Positions 32,591-40,119 of a stretch of DNA of 47,458 nucleotides are shown here, in pieces. The notes under the pieces were generated by a model. The model saw only the letters and a list, made by a program, of their open reading frames with translations. It was not told where the DNA came from and did not search any database. The stretch lies in IMG/VR virus record IMGVR_UViG_3300032219_000617, positions 1 to 47,458 of that record; one strand, written 5' to 3'. This stretch comes from a virus (taxonomy: Duplodnaviria > Caudoviricetes). The translations under genes were made by a program, and so were the position numbers. Position 1 is the first letter of the stretch, and the number at the start of each line of letters is the position of its first letter.

Positions 32591-33366
32591 TTGCAAAAGA
32601 CAATAATCAAGTAAGCGAATCGGGTCACTGGTATCACCGTGTTACAGGTAAGCCAATGTACCAAATCGTGGGCAAGAACGGTAAGGTACGCAATACTAAT
32701 TTAAAAGATGCTAAGGCATCAGGGGAGCTAGTTCCCAGCGTTACCACAATCATAAAATGCAGTAGTTCGCCCGGTTTGGAAGCGTGGAAGTTGGGCCAGA
32801 TGCTCATGGCATCTCTTACCCTTCCACGGATAGATGGGGAGTCTTTGGATGATTTTGCCGTCAGAATCCAGAACGACTCAAAGCAAACTGGAATCAAGGC
32901 TGCTGAGCGTGGTACTGCCATACACGCTGGAATACAAGCGTATTACGAGGGCGATTTGCTTGAAGACTACCTAGCCCATGCCAAAGCCACAGAAAGCGCT
33001 CTAAACGCCCATTTTGGGACTAATGAGTGGCTACCAGAGGTAAGCTTTGCTAAGGGAGGCTTTGGGGGCAAGTGTGACCTTATGGTCAAAGGTAACCCCC
33101 AGTTCAACGGAATCGTGGTTGACATCAAAACCAAGGAGTTTACCGACCCAGCCAAGATTGTGGCGTATGACGAGCATCTTATGCAATTAGCGGCGTACCG
33201 CTGGGGGCTGGGTATCCCAAGCGCTCGGTGTGCAAACGCCTTTGTATCGGTGCAAGAACCCGTACAAGTCAAGGTTGTGGAGTGGTCGGAGGCTGATTTA
33301 GCCCGTGGTTGGGCTATGTTTCAGAACCTTTTGTCCTTTTGGCAATTGAAAAACAACTACAAATAA
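32587..33366 (+). CDS. PD-(D/E)XK exonuclease (Cas4/lambda-exo-like)
   Basis: PSVTTII...AAERGTAIH...E...GGKCDL...VVDIKT...QLAAY. Start at the ATGA overlap. Confidence 0.85.
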   Translation: MIAKDNNQVSESGHWYHRVTGKPMYQIVGKNGKVRNTNLKDAKASGELVPSVTTIIKCSSSPGLEAWKLGQMLMASLTLPRIDGESLDDFAVRIQNDSKQTGIKAAERGTAIHAGIQAYYEGDLLEDYLAHAKATESALNAHFGTNEWLPEVSFAKGGFGGKCDLMVKGNPQFNGIVVDIKTKEFTDPAKIVAYDEHLMQLAAYRWGLGIPSARCANAFVSVQEPVQVKVVEWSEADLARGWAMFQNLLSFWQLKNNYK

Positions 33367-33382
33367 CAAGATTAGGCACTTT

Positions 33383-33459
33383 ATTAGGGTAAGTCCTAAT
33401 CAAATAATTTGCACAAATGGATAATTTGTGGTCAAATGTAGTTACTGGGTCGTCCAGTT
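33383..33459 (+). promoter_or_regulatory. Repeated promoter/operator element, copy 3
   Basis: ATTAGG-GTAAGT-CCTAAT ... TTGCAC-17 nt-TCAAAT ... ACTGG-GTCGT-CCAGT, then GAGGAG SD. Confidence 0.75.
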
Positions 33460-33477
33460 TACTAGAGGAGAAGTTAA

Positions 33478-33792
33478 ATGTTGATGCAAACCAAAACAGC
33501 AAGCGTTGATTTACTAGGCACATTGCAAGCCCAAATCGCTGAGCTCGAAGCACAAGCAGAAGCAATCAAGAACGCACTCAAAGACGAGTGCTCCCTCCAA
33601 GAAGTTGATGGCAAAGGCAATCAGCGCTTAGATGTAGAAGGCGCTATGTTCAAAGCTGTCTGCACTTCTACACAGCGTTCTACTGTTGATACCAAATCTT
33701 TGTATGAAGCTTTTGGCATCACTGAAGAAGACTTGGCTAAGCACAAAAAGCCAGCTGTAGCTGTTTACACAGTTAAAGTAACAGCACGCTAA
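33478..33792 (+). CDS. Conserved hypothetical early protein
   Basis: 104 aa with an N-terminal coiled coil VDLLGTLQAQIAEL. Strong SD. Confidence 0.75.
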   Translation: MLMQTKTASVDLLGTLQAQIAELEAQAEAIKNALKDECSLQEVDGKGNQRLDVEGAMFKAVCTSTQRSTVDTKSLYEAFGITEEDLAKHKKPAVAVYTVKVTAR

Positions 33793-33801
33793 GGAGCCAT
33801 C

Positions 33802-34248
33802 ATGGAATTTAAATACAACGATGGTGGCAGACTTAACTCAGGCTTCAAAGCCTTGTCTGGTGACTGTGTATGCCGTTCTATTGTCATTGCTACTGGCAAG
33901 CCTTATGACGAAGTCTACGAAGTGTTGGCTCAAGGTAACGCAACTCAGCGTGTTACCAAGCATGTCAAAAGCTCCAGAGCTAATGTCAAGACAGCTTCTC
34001 GTGGCATCAATGTCAAGCGCAAATGGTTCAAGGACTATATGGCATCGCTTGGCTTTACATGGGTTCCTACCATGGGTATTGGCACTGGTTGCAAAGTGCA
34101 TTTATCTAAGGATGAGTTGCCTTCAGGAACTTTAATCGTAGTAGTAAGCAAGCATTACACCTGTGTCATTGATGGCGTTATCCACGACACCTTCAACCCA
34201 GATAGGGATGAGAGTCGTTGTGTATATGGCTATTGGAAACTTAACTAA
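33802..34248 (+). CDS. Protein with possible papain/C39-like Cys-His-Asp arrangement
   Basis: GDCVCRSIVIATGKPYDEVY...SKHYTCVIDGVIHD, AAGGAG SD. Confidence 0.6.
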   Translation: MEFKYNDGGRLNSGFKALSGDCVCRSIVIATGKPYDEVYEVLAQGNATQRVTKHVKSSRANVKTASRGINVKRKWFKDYMASLGFTWVPTMGIGTGCKVHLSKDELPSGTLIVVVSKHYTCVIDGVIHDTFNPDRDESRCVYGYWKLN

Positions 34249-34275
34249 GAAAGGATGCCCCTTCGGGGGCTGACC

Positions 34276-34482
34276 ATGAAAAAAATCGTACATGTAACAC
34301 CTGCTGGGAACTCAATTGCTGACACAGATGTATTTGCTATTCGACTCTTTGTCTTTAGCGAATCTAACGGTGAATGCAATTTGCCAATTAATAGCGTTTT
34401 AAAGATGGTTGATATTTTTGAAGAGCTGGAAGACAAGAAGTGCAAGATTGTTAAAAAATTTGACGAAAGGTTAGCATCATGA
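34276..34482 (+). CDS. Hypothetical protein
   Basis: Start probably MKKIV. A cUUCGg hairpin lies between the SD and this ATG. Confidence 0.55.
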   Translation: MKKIVHVTPAGNSIADTDVFAIRLFVFSESNGECNLPINSVLKMVDIFEELEDKKCKIVKKFDERLAS

Positions 34483-34580
34483 AACTAAGATTTAATCGCA
34501 AAGCGTATTTCCCCTACTTCTTTGTAGCTGATGTGGTTCTTTATGCAACGTTTATTTGGCTTGCCACAAGGCTCTTATGA
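34479..34580 (+). CDS. Small membrane peptide (33 aa)
   Basis: Read by hand: MKLRFNRKAYFPYFFVADVVLYATFIWLATRLL, with ATGA overlaps at both ends. Confidence 0.6.
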   Translation: MKLRFNRKAYFPYFFVADVVLYATFIWLATRLL

Positions 34581-34810
34581 AACTACATAAGCACTTCAGA
34601 CTCATCGTCCTTTGGGCGGTGGGTTTTGAAATACAAGAGAGGTACAGCTGGTATCGGGATTGGGCTGATTCTCATGGCACGCCAGATTGGAGTGACCCAG
34701 AAGTCGAGTTTAGGCTCAAGTTTGTTAGGTGCATTAAGGCGGAAGACATTGTCATCACATTAATGTTTATTGGTTTTTTATTTTTACTACTAGGAGTTAG
34801 TTATGAGTAA
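34577..34810 (+). CDS. Hypothetical protein with C-terminal TM helix
   Basis: ATGA-coupled start MKLHKH, hydrophobic C-terminus. Confidence 0.55.
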   Translation: MKLHKHFRLIVLWAVGFEIQERYSWYRDWADSHGTPDWSDPEVEFRLKFVRCIKAEDIVITLMFIGFLFLLLGVSYE

Positions 34811-35009
34811 GGCGCAAAAAGAGCAGATTCTAGAGCATTTGAAAAAATGGAAGTCCATTACTTCATGGGAAGCTATCACTAAATATCGTATCACGAGGCT
34901 TGCAGATGTCATTTTTAAACTGCGTACTCAATACGAAATTGTTAGCATTGCAGAAACCAAGGCTGGTAAAAACTGGGTTCGTTATGTTTTATTGGGGAAA
35001 CTAAAATGA
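34803..35009 (+). CDS. Winged helix-turn-helix protein
   Basis: QKEQILEHLK...SITSWEA...ITRLADVIFKLR...Y.L pattern, AGGAG SD. Confidence 0.75.
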   Translation: MSKAQKEQILEHLKKWKSITSWEAITKYRITRLADVIFKLRTQYEIVSIAETKAGKNWVRYVLLGKLK

Positions 35010-35284
35010 AAAAACTATTCATAATCGGCATACTTTTTTCTTTGACAGCATGTGGAGGAAATAAGTACAAGCAGACTTGGGAGCCCGTCCCACAAACCAA
35101 TGCCTACCTAGAGGTCGATAAGGTTGTCCAGCCAATGACTCGTAACGAAGTCATCATGGCTATTCAGGACTGCCAAGGCAACGGTTTGCGACCTGTAATG
35201 ACTACGACTAAGCGTAGAGTCAACAACTATCTGACGGAGGCTGTAATTGATGTTACATGCGCTCCTAAGTACAGGTTTGATTGA
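35006..35284 (+). CDS. Predicted lipoprotein
   Basis: MKKLFIIGILFSLTA-C lipobox, plus two further Cys. Confidence 0.75.
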   Translation: MKKLFIIGILFSLTACGGNKYKQTWEPVPQTNAYLEVDKVVQPMTRNEVIMAIQDCQGNGLRPVMTTTKRRVNNYLTEAVIDVTCAPKYRFD

Positions 35285-35529
35285 TGAGTCTCCGCCAAAA
35301 AGCCAAGGAGCTTGGTGTTCCTTTCTCTACCTATCTCTATCGCATCAAGCATGGTTGGGATAGCAAAGACTTAGCCAAGCGTCCACCAACAGTAAAAAAG
35401 GGGTACAAGGTTTGCAGTGTCTGTAACCAAGAAAAAACCTACGCCCACTTTTACAAGCGTTATGGACGCAATGGCTATATTAGTCGATGTAAGGAATGTG
35501 CAAAAAAGACCACCCCGAAGGGTGGCTAA
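35284..35529 (+). CDS. HTH plus zinc-finger protein (HNH-associated DNA-binding modules, no nuclease domain)
   Basis: SLRQKAKELGV...RIKHGW and KVCSVCNQEK...F...SRCKEC. Confidence 0.6.
   Translation: MSLRQKAKELGVPFSTYLYRIKHGWDSKDLAKRPPTVKKGYKVCSVCNQEKTYAHFYKRYGRNGYISRCKECAKKTTPKGG
35502..35526 (-). terminator. Intrinsic terminator ending the ejection-protein operon
   Basis: Minus strand CCACCC-TTCG-GGGTGG followed by TCTTTTTT, at the convergence point of the two transcription units. Confidence 0.75.
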
Positions 35530-35583
35530 AGGTGACCCAACAGGATAATCGGAAACCTGCAGACAAGGGTCACTAAGGGACAA

Positions 35584-37350
35584 TTATTGCGGTGTTGCGT
35601 AAGGCTGTTCCTGAGTGATAGGTTGACCTGTAGCTGGGTCAATCACACTCACGCTTGGTTGCGTTTTCATTGATGCACCAATTCTGGAAAGTGGACCTGA
35701 CACTTCGGGTTCTAGCTTTCTTAAAATCTCTGGACGGTCAGTAGCCATCTTGCTCATAGCACGCAAGGAAAGCGGATTGTAGATAGCTGAAGCACCAAGC
35801 AATGGTATGCCAAGCGTTCCCACATTAGCCGCGCCCTCTATCACCTTACCTGCGGTTAACGAGGTCAATGCACGGTCAGCTGTACCGCTGTTTGGCAATG
35901 TTCCGCCAAGAACTTCCATAGAAGCTTGTGACTCTGGAATCATCATGCCTTGCCCAGAAGCTACCCCTGACCTACCTGCTGTGGTTTCAGCGCTAGACTT
36001 AAACTGCTGTGGAGTAAATACGCCTTCTCTTGAGCCACGCATAGCAGCCGCTTTTTCAACAGGCTTAAACAACCTAAAGGCTTCATGAGTCTTGGTTAGC
36101 TGACGAGCAATGGCTGGGTTTTGTAAGCTAAGCTCGGTTCTAAGCATAGACTGAACCTCAGAATACGCTTCGCCTAAGGCTTCTTTGCCTTCTTCAAAAG
36201 CTTTGTTAGCTTGTCTGCCAAGCTCTTTTTCCATGTTCCTAAACTGTTGACCAGTGAGGATTGGATAGTCTTCAATGTTTTTGATAATGTTGTCAGTAAT
36301 GTCATTTTGTATTGCCTCTCGTTGTTTTGGAACTAACTGGTCGGTAGCTTGTATGAAACCATTCCATAGGCGTTCAATTGTTCCAGTTTGAGTACTTGGG
36401 TCAAAGTAATCACCGAATTGAGCACGCTGGACAATATCGTCATAAGAACTGTCCAACCTCTCCTTGATATGGGTAATCATTTCGTTACCAGCTTTAACAT
36501 TCTTGGGAAGCTTCTCTCCTAACGGAGCTAAGACTTTATTGCCCAAGGCTTGATTAAAGTCTTTAAATGAAGTCTCTAATCCACCATGAACAATTGAACC
36601 AGACAATGGCATGCTGGTTAAAGCTTGCTCCATTCTTTGGATGCTTTTGCCAACAGGTACACCAAAAGCGTTTACCTCGCTCATCAGCTGACCTGGCGTG
36701 AAATACTTCATGCCCATGTCTTTAAGCATTTGCATCTTCTGGGTAATTTGTGGGTTTAGCAACATTTGGCTACCTTTGCCAAGAGCCGAACCAACAGCAG
36801 CTCCCATACCAATGTTTTCCATCTTCTTCTCAAGCATCTCTTTGTAGCTTTGACCAGAAGTTTCTGGGGTAGAAACAGGCGTAAGGGCAGCTTGTCCTGC
36901 ACCTTGTATGCCATAGTTCAATACAGGGGAAGACTGCACCACCTTCTTGATGGTATTTACCGCTTTGGGAAGGTATTGACCTAGCTGTGGCAATTGGGAA
37001 ATCGCTTTAGCTCCAGCGCTAATTGGCAATATTTGACCTGCAATGTCAAAAACCTTAGCTGATGTTGGGGAAGCACCCTCTTCAAAACGCTGAGAAAGGC
37101 GATTTAAGACCTCGGCTGGGGCGGTAATGCCACCGTATTCCGCAAGACCTGCAAATGGCTTGAGCGCTCCTATAGCAAGCTGAGCGGTTGGTCTTGAGGT
37201 AGCAAATATCTCTTTAGGAAGGTTTTCAATGACACGATTGGCAAAACTTGTATTTTTTGGCTTTGCGGTAGCCCCTTGAGGCAATGGGGGGAGATTGTCC
37301 CCTCCAACGGGGTTTAATGTAGCGCCTTCTGGGAGTGGAGGTAGATTCAT
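35584..37350 (-). CDS. Internal virion / DNA ejection protein
   Basis: 588 aa, helical, N-terminal LPPLP.GAT duplication, NSGTADR motif. Last gene of a P22-like ejection cluster. Confidence 0.65.
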   Translation of the reverse strand: MNLPPLPEGATLNPVGGDNLPPLPQGATAKPKNTSFANRVIENLPKEIFATSRPTAQLAIGALKPFAGLAEYGGITAPAEVLNRLSQRFEEGASPTSAKVFDIAGQILPISAGAKAISQLPQLGQYLPKAVNTIKKVVQSSPVLNYGIQGAGQAALTPVSTPETSGQSYKEMLEKKMENIGMGAAVGSALGKGSQMLLNPQITQKMQMLKDMGMKYFTPGQLMSEVNAFGVPVGKSIQRMEQALTSMPLSGSIVHGGLETSFKDFNQALGNKVLAPLGEKLPKNVKAGNEMITHIKERLDSSYDDIVQRAQFGDYFDPSTQTGTIERLWNGFIQATDQLVPKQREAIQNDITDNIIKNIEDYPILTGQQFRNMEKELGRQANKAFEEGKEALGEAYSEVQSMLRTELSLQNPAIARQLTKTHEAFRLFKPVEKAAAMRGSREGVFTPQQFKSSAETTAGRSGVASGQGMMIPESQASMEVLGGTLPNSGTADRALTSLTAGKVIEGAANVGTLGIPLLGASAIYNPLSLRAMSKMATDRPEILRKLEPEVSGPLSRIGASMKTQPSVSVIDPATGQPITQEQPYATPQ

Positions 37351-38789
37351 TGTACTGGTAGCCCGTTATCTTTATAAACCCAACCTGTATTGTTGGCGTT
37401 AGGAATAATTGCTCTAGTTCCAATATACCGCACAGCTTGCGGAGCTTTTTCTTGAGGCTTGCTTGCTGGGGTAGCTGTTGGGGTGGTTGGCGCTCCAGCA
37501 GGTGTTGTCTCCCCAGCCTTACGGTTGGTAACCATTGGGTGAATATCTTTATTAGTGTCCCAATAGGTTTGAATCTCAAATCCACGCTCAGCCAAATTCT
37601 CAAAGCTTTTCCTTATTCTTCCAAGAATTTCAACACGCTGAGCATTGGTAAGCTTGATGTCTTGCAATTCACCAAGACCTTTTTCAATGTTCTTAGCGTC
37701 AAGGTTAGAAGCAGCGCCCGGCAACCTTGGAACTTGTGGCAATAATGCCTTAGACATACTTTCAAGTTGACGCAAAGCGGTATTGTCATCCGTACCAAAC
37801 AGAGCTCCGACAGACTTAGCATACGCACCTTGAAGCACTCCGCTAGGAGCTTTACCAATTGTTTCCTGAATCTGGTCAAGCATTGTAAGAGCGGTATTAG
37901 CCTTAGCAGACTCATTAATGATTGGCACAACAACCTTATTGAACTTGATTTTTTGTTCGTCTGTAAGCGTTTTAAGAGATGCCTCTTTCTTTATGTCAAC
38001 CATCATGCCTGCTATCATGGCTTTGAAATCAAGCGCAGTTTGTCTATCCATAGAAGAGGTAGACATGGTTACCATTTGATTAGCCATTATTTCTGCTTTG
38101 TCTGGGTCAAGAGCGCCTGATTTGTATTGCTGAGCAAGATATTCTGCTCGCTTTTTAATCAAGTCATTAGGAGCCATGAGCGCTAAAGCGTCAAATGGAG
38201 TACCTGATGTAGAGGTTTCACCCAACATACCAGAAGCACGAAGCTTAGGAATAGCGGTAGCGTAATCAGCCAAGTCCTTAATTGGATTGTCTGAAAAGCG
38301 CATGATGTCATTAATAGCACCAGTATTAATCTTGTAGGTAGTCTTAGTCTTTCCATCTGCACCCTTGGTTTCAATGGGCGTAAAGATGCTTCTAGAAGCC
38401 GTCTTAATGATGCTTCCTTTGGTGGTATCCATCTGTTGCTTGGCAATCTGAGCACGCATTTGAGCGATAGCAGGGGCATTTAAGCGCTCTTGCTCTTGTT
38501 GGCGACCTGCTTCCCCAGCCGCGTTAGCTAGAGATTCACCAAAACTACCCGTCATGGTTGGCTTTAAGAACTGAGCGCCAATCGAAAAGTAGTTTGTAGG
38601 ATTCCTGTTGGTTAAAGAATCAGCGGCGGTTTGTAACGCTTTGTTGTACTCAGCTTGTGAACGAAGGTAGTCATCCATTGGATTGGAAAACTTGCTACCC
38701 TCTGTTTTATCTTCAGGAGGAACATCGCTTTTTGAGGCATTTTGAGCAATGCTAATTAGCGGAGAAATTAAAGCTGGTGCTGTTGCCAT
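37347..38789 (-). CDS. Internal virion / DNA ejection protein
   Basis: 480 aa, helical, P..TGSFGESL.NA motif, ejection cluster position. Confidence 0.6.
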   Translation of the reverse strand: MATAPALISPLISIAQNASKSDVPPEDKTEGSKFSNPMDDYLRSQAEYNKALQTAADSLTNRNPTNYFSIGAQFLKPTMTGSFGESLANAAGEAGRQQEQERLNAPAIAQMRAQIAKQQMDTTKGSIIKTASRSIFTPIETKGADGKTKTTYKINTGAINDIMRFSDNPIKDLADYATAIPKLRASGMLGETSTSGTPFDALALMAPNDLIKKRAEYLAQQYKSGALDPDKAEIMANQMVTMSTSSMDRQTALDFKAMIAGMMVDIKKEASLKTLTDEQKIKFNKVVVPIINESAKANTALTMLDQIQETIGKAPSGVLQGAYAKSVGALFGTDDNTALRQLESMSKALLPQVPRLPGAASNLDAKNIEKGLGELQDIKLTNAQRVEILGRIRKSFENLAERGFEIQTYWDTNKDIHPMVTNRKAGETTPAGAPTTPTATPASKPQEKAPQAVRYIGTRAIIPNANNTGWVYKDNGLPVQ

Positions 38790-38791
38790 AA

Positions 38792-40117
38792 TTAATATCC
38801 TGCGTCTTGATATGCGTCATAATAAGGGGCGTAATACTCTGGAGCTTGGGTCTCATAAAAATTCTGATAATCCTCAAGCATCTGCTGGTCGTATGCTATC
38901 TGCTCTTCTCTAGCAGCTTGTTGCTCAGGGCTTCCATACCCGTATAAGTTTTGTTCAGTTGGACCAGAGCCTACGATATTTCCTTCTTTAGTAAATTCTT
39001 GAACATCACCAGCTTGGTCTATAATTTTTCTTGAGCCATCGTCAGCAACAATCATTCTTCCGCCATCGGCTAAAGGATATTCGCCAGCTTTAAGTTCAGT
39101 GCTTCCAAACATAGAATTAAACTGATTACCAAGCCAATTCGTAGCGGCTTTTGTGCCAACGCCAAGCAATCCTTGTGTAGCAGGCTGACTGCCAGTTGCA
39201 GGAGAGCCAAACAACGACTGACCAAGACCTGTACCAGCAAGAACAGAGCCAACACCAGCAATTTGAGCCAATGGGGATGTGTTGTAAGCGCCTGGGATTG
39301 GACCTGTATAGCTTGAACTTGTAGCGGTTGGAATCGTAGCCCCTTTTAGGAGGTTGGCTTGTTGTGTCAACATCTGCATTGGGAACAGCTGTTCGTTCTG
39401 AGCGATAGTCTGTTGCTGACCGCCAAGGGTTGATAATGCATTGACATCGCCAAGACCTAGATTCTGAGTTGTACTCGCCAAGTTTCCTAGTTGTTGGGAA
39501 GCGGCTAATCTATTTGCCATATCCTGTTGCAAAGCTTGTTGCTGTTGCTGGGTAATCGCTAAGCCAGCATTAGACAAAACTTGACCTAGAGCTCCAGCTC
39601 CACGAGCAGAGCCAAACTGACCAGAACCCACAATACCTGCGGTAGCTTGAGGAGCAAGGTTATAAGCGATATTGGCTTTACCAAGGTTTCCAATGGCATC
39701 AGCAAGACTTGTGTCACCTACGCCAGTTGCTAGGTTTACAGCGCTTGTTAAGGCAGGCTGATAATTCCCTACATTGGTATTAACTTGCTCAAAAGCTTTT
39801 TGCTGGAGAGGTTGAGCTCCTGCATATTGAGCGCCTTGAGCGGATGTCGCCCCTTGTTTAGCTATCTGGTTTAGATAATCAAGGTAAAACTGAGGGGTAG
39901 CGGTAGCTTGTTGCTGGGTAGTTGTAATGTTTGGAAGAGCTGTACCTTGAGTCAATCCCCCAGCGCCTGATGCTGAACCAGCCGTTACACCAAGATTAGG
40001 AGCTACAGCTCCAGTAGCAGCGCTTGGTGTAATTGTCGATAAAGGATTTCCACTTAGGTTTGGTGCTGTTGAAGCTCCAGCAGAAGTTCCAGCAGAGGTT
40101 GTCATTGGTAGCGCCAT
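38792..40117 (-). CDS. Internal virion / pilot protein
   Basis: 441 aa, Gln/Gly/Ala-rich, GQFGSAR and SPLAQIAGVG motifs. Confidence 0.6.
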   Translation of the reverse strand: MALPMTTSAGTSAGASTAPNLSGNPLSTITPSAATGAVAPNLGVTAGSASGAGGLTQGTALPNITTTQQQATATPQFYLDYLNQIAKQGATSAQGAQYAGAQPLQQKAFEQVNTNVGNYQPALTSAVNLATGVGDTSLADAIGNLGKANIAYNLAPQATAGIVGSGQFGSARGAGALGQVLSNAGLAITQQQQQALQQDMANRLAASQQLGNLASTTQNLGLGDVNALSTLGGQQQTIAQNEQLFPMQMLTQQANLLKGATIPTATSSSYTGPIPGAYNTSPLAQIAGVGSVLAGTGLGQSLFGSPATGSQPATQGLLGVGTKAATNWLGNQFNSMFGSTELKAGEYPLADGGRMIVADDGSRKIIDQAGDVQEFTKEGNIVGSGPTEQNLYGYGSPEQQAAREEQIAYDQQMLEDYQNFYETQAPEYYAPYYDAYQDAGY

Positions 40118-40119
40118 AA

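Noticed and set aside
33821-34135. 104-aa alternative-frame ORF inside 33802..34248
   Set aside because: Unlike the nested MTase ORF it has no clear SD and no family-like motif.
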